Origin: Octopus vulgaris
Taxonomy: Eukaryota
Reading direction: 5' to 3'
NCBI GenBank assembly: GCA_951406725.2
Contig: OX597819.1
Location: forward strand, 1,240,001 to 1,304,000
DNA length: 64,000 bases
Shown here piece by piece: positions 26,930 through 40,167 of the stretch. Numbering within the stretch: position 1 is the stretch's first letter; every line of letters begins with the position of its first letter. The notes below the pieces were generated by a model, which was given only the letters and a program-made list of their open reading frames with translations, was not told the origin of the DNA and did no database searches. The translations under genes were made by a program, and so were the position numbers.

Positions 26930-29290
26930 GTTTTACTTCCTTAAGGTTCCATCCACCCTAGGCTCTCAGCACTTCAAGCTGTCCTCATCCATATGCATCA
27001 CATACCCAAGCCAATGCAGTATTCTATCTTGCACTCCTAGTCCATCAATGACATACTTTGAGATTAAGCACCCAACAGAGTATGCTTGCTTAATTTCTTT
27101 CTAGTATTCACATGTTCTCTACATTCAAGGCCCATGTCTCACCAATGTCTCACTAATAAGCGTCATACAGTCTACATTTCACTATTAGAGAAAACTCTTT
27201 TGTTGCCAAGAGAGGTAATAACTCCCTGAGCTCTCCCCACCTTCTTTTAACTCTGACTGATATGCTTTGAAAATAACCACCACTACTGCTAATTAGGTTA
27301 TCTAGATAACGGAAGCTATTTACTACTGCTAGGGATCCTTTTGGATATTTGAGAACATCTATTTCTTGTTTGTACTTGGAGTTTATTGCCTCTGTACATC
27401 TTCCACATACAAAGTCTGTTTTCTCTGTTGCCTATGATTCCTCAGCATATTTTGTGTGTTCATAATTTTCATTGGGTACACCATTTTGGATTTCTCTCCA
27501 CTCCCTTTTTTGCATACTGAGCAATGTCAATTTCCCTGATGGTGAAGGGTCTTGTCTGTTTTTCTACATACTAATACTTTAGTTTTTATTAAGTTGACTT
27601 TGATGCCCTTTGATTTCAGGTTTTGTTTCCAGGCCTAGAATGTCTTTACAAATCCTATTGTACATTCAGCTATAAGAATGAAGTTTTGCACATAGGAATT
27701 CCTATGGACATTCAATCTTAAACTCCTCTGTTATGGTCTGCAGGACTATAGATAAATAGTGGGTTGAGTACTGAGTCTTGGTAAACTTACTTGCACATTA
27801 AATTCATCTCTGTACTCATTGTTGACTCTCACCTTGCTGACAGTCTACCTGTACATGACTTAGATGGCTCTCACAAACTTAGATGGCTCATCTACTAACT
27901 TCCTCAATAATCACCAGATCACCAAGTGAGAGACTCCATCTATCACTTTGACTCCATCAAAGTGATACATCTACGTTGAAAAATACTATGTACAGCAGTA
28001 TACTCTTAGCCATGTATGTGTGTAACTTTTCTGTAATTGTCTCACTGAGAAGATGGCTTGAATAGTACTTCTTCCTGGTACAAAACCAAACTCATCTCAT
28101 TGAGGCTAACTCTTTCTCTAATCAATTGTGCTACACATGTTTCCATGATTTCTGTGATCTGATACTCTTTTAAATTACTGCTCTCTTAGGCATTTGCTTT
28201 TTGTCCTTGTAACAGTTGATTATGATGTTGCTACACCAGTCATAAGCTATAATACTTTCCTGTACAATATGATTGGCTAAATAGATAACAAGTTCATATT
28301 ACTCTGCCAGATACTTGAAGCACCTGGGTGCTGATTCTTGATGGATCAGGTGCTTTCTCTGTCTTCATAACCTTAATTGCTTTATCTATCCTACTGGTGT
28401 CTTCTATACTGACTGTTTCCTCCATTGGATTAACACTGGGAAGATCATCTTTCTCTCATGCATTCTCTACATTTAATAACCCTTCATAGTAGCCTTTCTG
28501 TACCTCTTTCTGTTCACCATTTCTAAGTGCAAGCATGCCATTATCCACCTATGTAGAGGCCTGTGGCTTAGTGGTTAGGGTGTTGCACTCATGATTGTAA
28601 GATTGTGGTTTTGATTCTTGGACCAGGCATTGTGTTCTTGAGCAAAACATTTCATTTCACTTTGCTTCAGCTGACAAAAATGTATAACCCTGGCGTCCTG
28701 TTCAAGTGGGGAATATATATGCTATGGAAACCAGCCCTTATGAGTTGGCATGATTCAAAAAGGAAACTTTATCTTTACCTTACCTATTATCCATCAGTGC
28801 ACATTTCTCACCCTCAACATCTTCATTCCCTTTGGTATGCTGCCTTGCATGAAGAATACCTAAGAACATCTCAGATCCTCCTCATGTCATAGAACACTGG
28901 TAAACTTTTCATGTTCAGCTTCTCCCATTGCTTCATGCAACTGCCATCTTGCCTCTCTTCTATCTGGCATAGTTCTCAATACCCACTTTTTTCCAGTCTT
29001 TCCAATTCTGTCTCTTCACTTTTATGGTTGTGTCTACGTCACTGTTCTACCACCATCTCATTTTTAGTTTGGTTGTACCAGTCATAAATTTAATCAGTAG
29101 CCCTCAGCAGGTTGTTCTGTGACAATTTCCAGTTATTTTCTGTGCTATAAGTATCTCCCCCCCTTTTTTTTTGTCAGATGCTTCAACTAATACTTCTTGA
29201 AATTTCTGATTGTATTAATGAATTTTATTTCCCTTTCCAAGATTGATTTCTGCCTCTGAGTCTAACTCTAAATCTAAAGCCATTAACCAC
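26930..29290 (-). mobile_element. Old RTE LINE relic interrupted by a family C SINE (~28555-28780)
   Basis: Reverse-strand decayed RT motifs (caaaaccaaactcatctc, gttgactctcaccttgctgacag, ggactatagataaatag). Confidence 0.78.
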
Positions 29291-29428
29291 TTACCAATGT
29301 TGGGTTGTATAATCCTCGCCAGGAAAAGACTTCACTTTTACAAATATTTCTTTATCTTATAAATACATGCACACACTCACGCATATGCACCTCACACACA
29401 CACACACACACACACACTCACGCACATG

Positions 29429-29468
<40 letters not shown>

Positions 29469-29799
29469 TTATAAATATGTACACGTAGAATAAATTGTGG
29501 AGTTATCTGTCAGAAAGCATGGCAAGTCCACTGATATATTCTTGAGCAAAGAAAATGCCTTTTGTTGCACTCACTGGTTTAATGAAACATACACATATAT
29601 AAATAGATGCATGCATAATCCAGGATAAGGAAGAACTCAATGTAACAAACAGAATAAGGATACACGGTGTTTATTGTCATGACACTTGCCTTCTCAAAGA
29701 ACAGCAGTAAATGTATAGTCTGTAAATGCAGTGAGTTACAGGCAAAAGAGTAATGCAATGAATACAGTGATGATAATAATAATAATAATAATAATAATA

Positions 29800-29985
29800 A
29801 TTTCAAATTTTGGCACTAGGCCAGCAATGTCTAGGGAATGGGTTATCAACTGATACTTATTTTATCGACCCTGAAAGGATAAAAGCAAAGTCGACTTTGG
29901 CAGAATTTGAACTCAGAATGTAAAGACGGACGAAATGCTGCCAAGCATTTTGCCTGGTGCAGCAATGATTCTATCAGCTTTAGTG
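29800..29985 (-). mobile_element. SINE family A
   Basis: gatacttattttatcgaccctgaaaggataaaagcaaagtcgactttggcagaatttgaactc next to an (AAT)n tract. Confidence 0.75.
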
Positions 29986-30789
29986 ATAATAATAATGATA
30001 CAAATAATTTATGGTGAGTACAAAAATACAAGCAAGAATTAAAATACTTGTAGAAAATGACAAAGTCGATTAAAAATATTGCCATCATCATTAATCAAGC
30101 TGTATTTTGCATGCTGGCATTGCATTGGATGGTTCCACAGGAAGTGGTGAGCCAGAGCTGTAATGCCAGCTTAGGCAGGATTTTCATAGCTGGCTCTCAC
30201 TCCTAACACTCACTGCTTTACAGAGTGTGTTAGGGTTCTTTTTTTTTGTTTTTGTGGAACTGGTACTATTGAGCTTACTGAGTAACTTATAAGGCAACAA
30301 AGTGGAATATAGTATTGGAAAAGGTGAAAGTATGACTGAGTGACAGGAACAAGTGTCTAGCAGAAAGATAGAGGTAGATAGATAGATAGATAGATAGAGA
30401 GATGGTGAGAGTGTATTGTCAAGGTACATGGTGAATATGAAAGAGATGAGGGATAGCGGAATGGAAAGGGTAGGTTGGGAGTTGAGTTTGTGAGGGTGTA
30501 AAAGGCATGTGACAGATGATTAGGGGTGAATGTAGTGAATGGGGGCATATAATGGAGGCGTTATCAATGGTGAATACTTGTTTTGGAAATTGTTAAGGAA
30601 ATAGGATTGAGTCCAGGGGGAGATGAGATAAGGGTGTAAGGAGATGAGTAATAGGGATAAAGTGTAGGAAGATAAATGGTATTATTTACACACTTCAGTG
30701 AGTAGTACCTTAGAATATTGATGGCTGGATGGATGGTGGAAGAGCAGAGTTGTAGAGGAAAGTTTGATGTCCCTGCTGAGATAGACTGG

Positions 30790-31205
30790 CCTTCTCAGGC
30801 ATAGCACATTGCCAGTCACCTTGCTTCTTTATTGTCTTCTCTGTGAGGCTCAACATCTTGAGGCTGGTCTTCACCACTTCATTCCATGTTTTTCTGGGTT
30901 TCTCTCTTGCACAGGTTCACTCTACATTTAGCCATCAGCATTTCTTCTTGCAAATCTTCTCATCCATCTGCATCACATGACCACACCAGCATAGTCTTCT
31001 CTCTTGCACACAACATTTCATGCCTCTTATGCCCAGTTTTTCTCTCGGTGCACTTGTACTTTGTAGTACATGCACACTGATGTTGCACATCCAGCAGAGC
31101 ATACTGATTTCACAGGCCAAATTTCACAACCATATAGCATTGCTGTTTGTACACAAGCATAGTAAACTTGCCTTTCACTCTGAGAAAGACCTTTTGATAT
31201 AAGAG
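30790..31205 (-). mobile_element. RTE 3' coding relic
   Basis: REKLGIRGMKCCVQERRLCWCGHVMQMDE and ACVQTAMLYGCEIW. Confidence 0.8.
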
Positions 31206-32029
31206 ATACAATGATACTGTTGAAGAAAGAAACAGTGAGATTGAACAATCAAAAGAGATCAGATGTAGGTTGCAATTGTTGATATGAATCTATAAAAAGT
31301 AAGGTAACCATAAAAATAAATATAATTGTATATTGTTGAAGTGTAGAGTGAAAGGGTACTCTGCAGGAATGCTGGATGTAATGTGAGGGTGAATGATAGA
31401 GGGTGAAAGTTGATGTCAATAGTTTAAGGAATGTCTTAGTTATGTTGAGGAAGGATAGTGTAGGTCATGTATGGATTATAATAAAGGAGGAACTGTGTGT
31501 GACTGAACCATAATGTTTATAAGTCATGTGAGGTGTTTGGAAGAAGTGATACATCATCTAAGAAAGAAAGAAATGAACTGTGTACCTGAGCAGTTGTATT
31601 TATAGTTAGTGTTATGAAATGCATCAGAGATCAGTGTGGAATTGTGTGGTCAGACAGTAGTGTCATTTACAAGAACATCCTAAATGTTTCTTATTATTTA
31701 GGTACAAGGCTAGCAATTTTATGTATTCATTAAATTGTATAAGAGTATAAGAGTATATTGACTAGTAAAAGAGTTTTGTATTCAATGAAAATGTTTGAAT
31801 GAAAGAATAAAATCTTGTACCATTCATACCTATATTTTGATTAATTCGTATTAATGTGCCTCATCTTGAAAAGTGACAAAATTGTTGGCAGTTTATTTGG
31901 GATAATTTGGAATAATTTTAGAAACAAATTGAACAGGTAAGGTGCATTAAGAATTTCAATTTTAGTGTTTATCCATAATGTTATTGTTTTTCACCTGTTA
32001 ATTAAATTTACCTGCCCATAAAAGTCAAA

Positions 32030-32257
32030 TTTACCCAGCAAGATCAGCCAAACTTATATAACTATAAATCACTGGTATATAAGCACCTACTGACTAAATT
32101 TCAAATCATTATGTAAAAAATTAACAAAGTTACAAGCAAATATTGTGGACACCCCTCTTGAACCTGAATAATTCAAAATAACGTGAACAAATAAGCATTA
32201 TATTTGACAGATTAATCTGAACACTAAAGGGTTAATTTCTTATTTTTCCTCATATAT
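32030..32257 (+). repeat. 228-bp direct repeat, copy 1
   Basis: Near-identical to 33810-34037 (offset 1780). Confidence 0.92.
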
Positions 32258-33384
32258 CTCCTTGTCTCAACTGTCTTCCAAACCTCTTTGTGACTTCCCA
32301 CCCACATTTTACTTTCAGTTTTGTTATGTTTTCCTTATCTTGATGGTTTTATTTTTTTCTCTTCTTATTTTGTGTATTTTTCCTCCTCTCCTGCTTCCCC
32401 ATTCCTTTAAACTGTAAACAACACTATTACCAAACCACACATTTCCTCGTTTACTTGACCTTGACTATAAGCAGCATTACTCTCCACTCATGCCCCAGCC
32501 AGTCGATTCCCTATTTCTTTATATCACCTTACATCGCCCAGACTATAAACAGCACATGCTTTCCTACTTCTTTGTAGCATCTTATATGCTACCTGAATTT
32601 GCTGCAACTGTCTTCAATTTATCCTCTTTTAAAATCCTTCCAACTTTTAACTTTTTCCATTCACCTTTATCAAGCCCCCACCCCTGTTCATCTCTTAATT
32701 ATTGCTTTTATTGTTTCTTAAGTTTTTTATTGTTTTTTTTTTATATCAGCTTTACTATTTTCTAATAGTATTTTTTAATTCTTGTACATTTGTTATCATC
32801 ATCATCATCATCACTATTTAATGTCCATGTTCCAGTTTGGCATTGGTTGAATGGTTTGATAGGATCCAATGGCCCTAAGGACTGCATTGTGCTCCAGTGT
32901 TTGGTTGGCTTTGTATCTACAGCTGAATGCCCTTCCTAACACTAACCATTTTACAGTGTGTAGTGGATGCTTTTATTGAGCGTCTTATTAATACATTGCT
33001 TGTGCCACATCCAAACGTTTGCTTGCTTTTATTTTCTTTTTCTCTGTTTTTTGCAATGACTGCATACATACATGCATACATATATATAAATACACACACA
33101 CATATATACACACACATTATATATGTGTATATATATATATATATTAAGTGTAGGAAGAAATGGAGCTGAACGAATATTTAACAAAATTCCTTTATATTAT
33201 TTTCTACATATGTTTCGAAGGCTTCCTACACTTAATATATAAAACTTCAAATTTCCGCACTAAGGCACGGTTTTTATGCCCCATGGTCGTAACTTCAACT
33301 GTGCTTTTTCTGTTGTGATTTTTGCTACCCAGGTATCGGTTATCATTTGAATTATCCGTAATAAGATAATTCATTTATCTACTT

Positions 33385-33423
<39 letters not shown>

Positions 33424-33434
33424 TACATACATAT

Positions 33435-33809
33435 ATGATTGGCTCACCCGTCGGTTTCGACGTATGAGGCTCTGACAACGTACTCTTTCTTTGTCAGTCA
33501 CACCAACGATTTGCAAAGAAGGCCACAGACGTTGCAAGTATGAGGATTACAGGTCAATCCAGGTGGTATATATGCAGCTCCTTTTCTCCATTGCCTCGTA
33601 CACTGAAGCCAGTTTATGCTGGGTACTACCATGTTTTTAATACCATTTTGACACAATGATCTCCATTTTGTTCGTACCGATGCTGTTTGCTCAAATTTGT
33701 TGTGAGCTGTCTTCATCTCTAAGAGGTTACTCTTCAGCTTGTCCTTATATCTGAGCCATGGTTGACCAACATTCCTGTGCCCATTCTCAAGCTCGCTGTA
33801 CATGAGGAC
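33435..33809 (-). mobile_element. RTE/BovB-like LINE 3' fragment
   Basis: LMYSELENGHRNVGQPWLRYKDKLKSNL..RTKWRSL..TCNVCGLLCKS. Confidence 0.85.
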
Positions 33810-34037
33810 TTTACCCAGCAAGATCAGCCAAAATTATATAACTATAAATCACTGGTATATAAGCACCTACTGACTAAATTTCAAATCATTATGTAAAAAA
33901 TTAACAAAGTTACAAGCAAATATTGTGGACACCCCTCTTGAACCTGAATAATTCAAAATAACGTGAACAAATAAGCATTATATTTGACAGATTAATCTGA
34001 ACACTAAAGGGTTAATTCCTTATTTTTCCTCATATAT
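33810..34037 (+). repeat. 228-bp direct repeat, copy 2
   Basis: Near-identical to 32030-32257. Confidence 0.92.
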
Positions 34038-34336
34038 TCTTTCACGACTCATTCTGACCACGTGGCCAGCCCAGCACAATTGTGATTGTATAAGGAAGTT
34101 CTCCATTCCACAAATCTTCTGTTTGCTTCTCTCTTTGTTTCTTTGGTTGTTCGAAAAAAAGTTTGTTTTCTATGTTTCTGTTTTTTATGTTCTTGTTTCT
34201 CATTTTGTTGACATTTTTTTGATGTCTTGTACCCATATATGGATATATATGTAGGTATGTACATATATGTATGTATATATGCATATATTTATATATTATT
34301 TATATTATATATATATAAACACACACATATATATGC

Positions 34337-34384
<48 letters not shown>

Positions 34385-34394
34385 CACCTTTTGA

Positions 34395-34617
34395 GTATGG
34401 TCGTTACAAGAACCACCTGACTGGCCCTTGTGCCAGTGGCATGTAAAAGCACCCACTACACTCTCAGAGTGGTTGGTGATAGGAAGGCCATCCAGCTGTA
34501 GAAACTTTGCCAGATCAGATTGAGCCTGGTGCAGCCTTCTGGCTCACCAGTCCTCAGTCAAATTGTCCAACCCATGCCAGCATGGAAAGCGGATGTCAAA
34601 CGACAATGATGATGATT
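34395..34617 (+). mobile_element. RTE 3' tail copy
   Basis: gcacccactacactc..aggaaggccatccagctgtag..aaacgacaatgatgatg. Confidence 0.75.
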
Positions 34618-34697
34618 ATATATATATATATATTACATACATATACCGGAGTAAACACATAAATGTGAAACAAGGTGGAAAAAAAGAGTACTCAAAT

Positions 34698-36483
34698 ACA
34701 CCAGGCCCAGTCTGATCTTGCAGTGTTTCTACAGCTGGATGCCCTTCCTAATGCCAACCACTCCATGAGTGTAGTGGGTGCTTTTTACGTGCCACCTGCA
34801 CAGGTGCCAGACAAGGCTGGCAAACGGTCACGATCGGATGGTGCTATTTACGTGCCACCGGCACGGAAGCCAGTCAGGGCGGCGCTGGCTACGGCCACGT
34901 TTGGATGGTTCTCTTACGTGCCACCGGCACTGGTATCTCAGCTACAATTTCCATTGATGTTGAAAGATTTCGATTTCGATTTTCACTTGCCTCAACAGGT
35001 CTTCACAAGTAGGGTTTGTGTCACAAGAAGGAAAGGTATGCATAAGTGGACTGGCTACGTCCCGGGTAGAGGCCATGGGTTATGGTCTCACTTGTCCTGT
35101 CGGGTCTTCCCACGCACAGCATACTTCCAAAGGTCTCGGTTTCTGGTAATTTCCTCAGTGAGACCTAAAGTTCGAAGGTCGTTCTTCACCACCTCGTCCC
35201 AGGTTTTCCTGGGTCTACCTCTTCCACAGGTTCCATCAACCGCCAGGGTGTGGCACTTTTTCACACAACTATCTTCATCCATTCTCATCACATGACCATA
35301 CCAGCACAAACGTCTCTCTTGCACACCACATCTTATGCTTCTTAGGTCCAGCTTTTCTCTCAAGGTACTTACACTCTGTCGAGTATGAACACTGACATTA
35401 CACATCCATCGGAGCATACTGGCTTCATTTCTTGCAAGCTTACACATATCCTCAGCAGTTACGGCCCATGTTTCATTACCATGTAGCATGGCTGTACGTA
35501 CACATGCGTCATACAGTCTGCCTTTTACTATGAGCGAGAGGCTTTTTGTCACCAGCAGATGTAAGAGCTCTCTGAACTTTGCCCAGGCTATTCTTGCTCT
35601 AGCAGTTACACTTTCAGCACACCTGCCCCCGCTACTGACTTGGTCACCTAGGTAATGGAAGCTATCAACTACTTCTAGTTTTTCTCCCTGGAATGTGGCG
35701 GAAGTTGGTCTCTGAGCATTTTCAGTGTTTATTGCTCCTGAGCATCTGCCACATACAAAAACTATCTTCCCAGTTAGTTTTCCTTTGACATTGCTGCACC
35801 TCTTATGTGTCCATAGCTTACACTTGGTGCATCTTATAGAGTTTCTACCTACGCCTTTTCTGCAGATCGAGCAGGGCCATCTACCTGAAGGCGTTTGTGA
35901 TTTGCCTGCCTTCCTACATATTAGGACTTTGGTTTTAGCTAGGTTGATTTTAAGGCCCTTCGATTCTAATCCTTGTCTCCACACTTGAAACTTCTCCTCT
36001 AGTTCTGGTAGTGACTCAGCAATTAGAGCAAGGTCATCAGCATAGAGGAGCTCCCAGGGGCATCCTGTCTTGAATTCCTCCATTATTGCCTGGAGGACTA
36101 TGATAAATAGGAGGGGACTGAGAACTGAACCTTGGTGGACCCCTACCTCTACTTTGAATTCTTTAGTGTACTCGTTGCCAACCCTCACCTTACTTACAGC
36201 GTCTCTGTACATGGGCATGCACAGCTCTCACTAACCATTCATCTATCCCTAGTTTCCTCATTGACCACCTGATAAGGGATCGGGGGACCCTGTCAAAGGC
36301 TTTCTCCATGTCAACGAAAGCCAGGTACAGGGGCTTATCTTTGGCTAGGTATTTCTCCTGCAGCTGTCTCACCAGAAATATGGCATCAGTGGTGCTTTTC
36401 CCTCGCACGAAACCAAACTGCATCTCATCCAAGCTGACTCTCTCCCTAATCAGTTGGGCTATGACCCTCTCCGTAACCTTCAT
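34698..36483 (-). mobile_element. RTE-clade LINE, youngest copy (one frameshift near 36215)
   Basis: ORFs 36190-36660 and 35088-36218 (376 aa: GVHQGSVLSPLLF, YADDL, Cys-rich insert, RRLCWYGHV, GRPRKTW) plus 3' UTR. Confidence 0.95.
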
Positions 36484-36495
36484 ACACAAACACAC

Positions 36496-36581
<86 letters not shown>

Positions 36582-36583
<2 letters not shown>

Positions 36584-36951
36584 CTGTAAATGTAATATGT
36601 GACAATTATTCGGTAGCCATGATAAAACTCTGAGTTTCGGATGCTGAGGTGGAAATCCACACCACCAACTCTTCAGTTATCCATCCATCGGAAAAAGTGC
36701 TATGAAAGTGATCGTTATAGAAAGGGAAATTACTGTGTGATTGACTGTTATTAAGACAAAAGAGCTATTTGAACAACCGCTAAATGAGGGGAGGGAGTAA
36801 AAGTAAGGGGGTAAAAAAGTTCATAGTATTAGCATAAGCCAGCATGTCCACACCTGCACATGTGCACCCGCACACCTACGTACATGCGCCTAAAAGTATA
36901 CACTCATCCACCCTCACTTGAAACCTACACATTCTCACCTGCACCATTTGC

Positions 36952-36998
<47 letters not shown>

Positions 36999-38100
36999 AT
37001 CCCACACACACACATGCACCAAAAAGTTCATACACATGTCTATATGTGCACAAGCACAAGAAAAAACAGGGCTAAGGGTAACAATACAGAAAAAGGTGTA
37101 AGGGAGTATAAAAATAAGCAAAGAGTAAACCATGTCTATATATTCACATACCCGTATGCACGCACACACACATGCCTATATATGCACATACTCGCACACG
37201 TCTATATATGCACACACACACGTGCACACAAAAATATTCATACACCTGTTTATATGCGCACACACACAAGAAAAAACAGCTAAAGGCAAAAATACAGGAA
37301 AATGTGTAAAAAAGACTGAGTAAAACACGTCTATACATGCACATACTTGCATGCACACACACACACATCTATATACACACATACCTGCACACACGTACAC
37401 ATCTACATGCGTGCACAAAGGAGTCCATATACACGTCTATATACGCACAGGAAAAATGCAGGGTAGAAGGTAGAATACAGAAAAATTATGTGTAAAAAAT
37501 ATATAAGCAATAAACCTATAAACCAAAATCTCTATAAATATGTAAAACATATATGTATAAAAAATATATAAATATAAATATATAAAAAATGTAAGTAAAA
37601 AGTATAAAGAGATAAAAAGCTTGTACGTGGACACAATATAGAAAGCAAGTTCTATCTGTAATCTCGAGGGGACCAAAAACATAACAAATATTTGGCCACG
37701 TATGGGCATGATCTGAAAAGATCATTTCTTGAATTCAGACATGTAGCGGGGTCTAAGCTGCTTTTCCAGATGAGCTATCTTTCCATATCACATAGACCAC
37801 ACTTTCCACTCCGTTGGTATAGGGCTTACACTGGATGTTGTAACTGACATCTTTATCTTTTAATGACCATATATGACTGGATAATTTGGTCGTTTTCCTT
37901 TTATCCCAGTGCCTGAAGAAGGTGTGATTATTGATCCTGGCCTTTTTAAACACTATGGGGGGATGGCAGGAACCTACATTAATATAACTAAGTCTATCAT
38001 TGGGCTTCCTATGAGGCTTATATATGTTCTTATTTAGATCTAAGGATACATCCAGGAAATTGATAACTGTCAGGTTGGTGTCTGTAGTTATTCACCTACA
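36582..38100 (-). mobile_element. Penelope-like element relic: GIY-YIG endonuclease C-terminus plus pseudo-LTR
   Basis: ORF 37753-37953 FKKARINNHTFFRHWDKRKTTKLSSHIWSLKDKDVSYNIQCKPYTNG, then LNSRNDLFRSCPYVAKYL, typical of PLE GIY-YIG tails; hammerhead-like motif downstream at 36621-36681. Confidence 0.78.
36621..36681 (-). ncRNA. Hammerhead-like motif in Penelope pseudo-LTR
   Basis: Minus strand: gataa-CTGAAGA-gttggtggtgtggatttccacctcagcatcc-GAAA-ctcagaG-TT-ttatc; 5-bp stem I, imperfect stem II. Confidence 0.6.
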
Positions 38101-38674
38101 TATATATATATATGTGCACCTACACACACACACACACACACATATATATACACATACATACATATATATATATACATACCCACTTGTAACTGCTGTACTG
38201 GGTCCATCTGCCCTCTACAAACCCATTGTAGAAGATCTAATGTATATATATATAAGATCTATATATATATATACATAATATATATATATGTGTGTGTTTG
38301 TATGTATATATGTGAGATAATAATTTCAGTATTAATAGTGAAATTATAGTATAGTGAAAGTATTAAACTGAAAGTATTACCCTACATTACAATAGATATG
38401 TTGTTGTTTCACTTTTGACATGTAATACTAAAATAGTGTAAGCGATAAGAGATTGCTCCGGGCTCGCATTTGGCAAGAAGTTGAAAAGATTTTTGGCCCA
38501 CACACACACACATATAAATACACACATACACTATATATATTATACATAGGCGAGAGTTTTTAAATGGCGGTGCCCCAGCATGGCCACAGCTCATGAGCTG
38601 AAACTAGAATCAATCAATCAATCAAAATCATGCATACATACATATATAATATATACATACATGCATATATTTAA

Positions 38675-38900
38675 ATATATATGAAAGAAGGTTTGAAAAT
38701 GCAATTTTAAAAGATGTTTATTTACTTGACCGGTTTCACTTTTTTAGAAAAAGATTGTCAAAAGTAACATGAAAAAGCTTTGTTGTGTTAGGTAAGCTTT
38801 TACATGTTACTTTTGACAATCTTTTTCTAAAAAAGTGAAATCGGTAAAGTAAATAAACATCTTTTAAAATTTCATTTTCAAACCTTCTTTCATATATATA
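38675..38900. repeat. Foldback element (~105-bp arms) with variant hammerhead motifs
   Basis: atgaaagaaggtttgaaaatg..aagtaacatg / catgttactt..attttcaaaccttctttcat. Confidence 0.9.
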
Positions 38901-38961
38901 TTTCCACTCGTGCAGTACCTTACAACTTCACTTTGTTATATATATATATATATATATATAT

Positions 38962-40039
38962 ATCTATATATATAAAACTCAACTTGTGTGTCTCTGTGTG
39001 TGTGTCTGTGTGTTTAACTTCCCGGCACATCTCCTCCTAGCCAACAAATCGTAGAACCACCAAAAATGGGTCACTTAAAGTTTAGGTGAATGAAAATTGA
39101 ACTGTGCTATTTCTGTTCCGAAATTCATCTCGCAAGTGCAAAAATCGATAACGTGTTTGTTTAGGCATTATCCCATGCATTGAATAGTGAACTTTACTCA
39201 GTCAGCTGTTTGACGTGAACTGTGTTCACAATGCGTGCAAGCATGCGTAAATTGCATGAAAAATAAAAAATCAAGATATAAAAACGAATCGCCGTAAACA
39301 TTGTAGAAATTCGGCAAAGAAATGAATTTTCGGGATGTAACCTGGAGGGTTTTTTCATATCAATTGTTTGGACTTTGTGAACACATGCCAATTGTTTTCA
39401 TAACATTTTTAATGCTTTGAATTAAATGTGACCATTTTGCGTTGAGTCTGCAGTTTGAATCACTTTAACCAAATTTTAGTAGGCCGGATTTTTGATCCTC
39501 ACGATACATCGCCAGCGACTCCCTGAAACTATCCCCTTTGGGAAATCTATATATATAAAACTCAACTTGTGTGTCTGTGTGTATATCTGTATGTGTAACT
39601 TTTGGATCTACCAAGTTTCATTATTAAGGATGGAAAGTAGTGTGTAGCAAATCTATATATATAAAGCTGAAGTTGTCTCTGTGTGGCAGGTTTTGTAGCC
39701 TTCAACTAACTCTATCTCCTTCGAGACCCTGCAGCGCAAGTTGACCAAAATTGAGAGTATGATAGAAGAAGGCTTGCTCTTCATTCTGTAGAAGATAAAA
39801 TTCAAATCGGACCATGTTAACACCAAAAATTATTTACATCAAAAAGGTGCTTTTTTTCTATGAAAATCCCTATTTTTTACGATTTTTGACTGCTGTGTCA
39901 CCATTTTTCGGTGTATTTCAACTGGAAAAATGTTCACTTGAAGAGAATAACAAGTTGCATAATGCAAAATTTTTACTTTTCAAAAATTCCAATTCTAAAG
40001 GGTCGAAACAAACCCAAGCAACACCGGGTGATACTGCTA

Positions 40040-40041
<2 letters not shown>
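38962..40041 (-). mobile_element. Nested Helentron/HINE-like elements
   Basis: Three atctatatatataaa termini (38962, 39545, 39652); aaattcaaatcggacc motif; opposite end ccgggtgatactgctagt. Confidence 0.55.
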
Positions 40042-40080
<39 letters not shown>

Positions 40081-40167
40081 CAAGAAATATAAATAATATT
40101 AAAAATAATATTACTATCCAGCAAGAATAAAGCACCATAAAAGGCAGAATTATAGATCTACAAAGCT

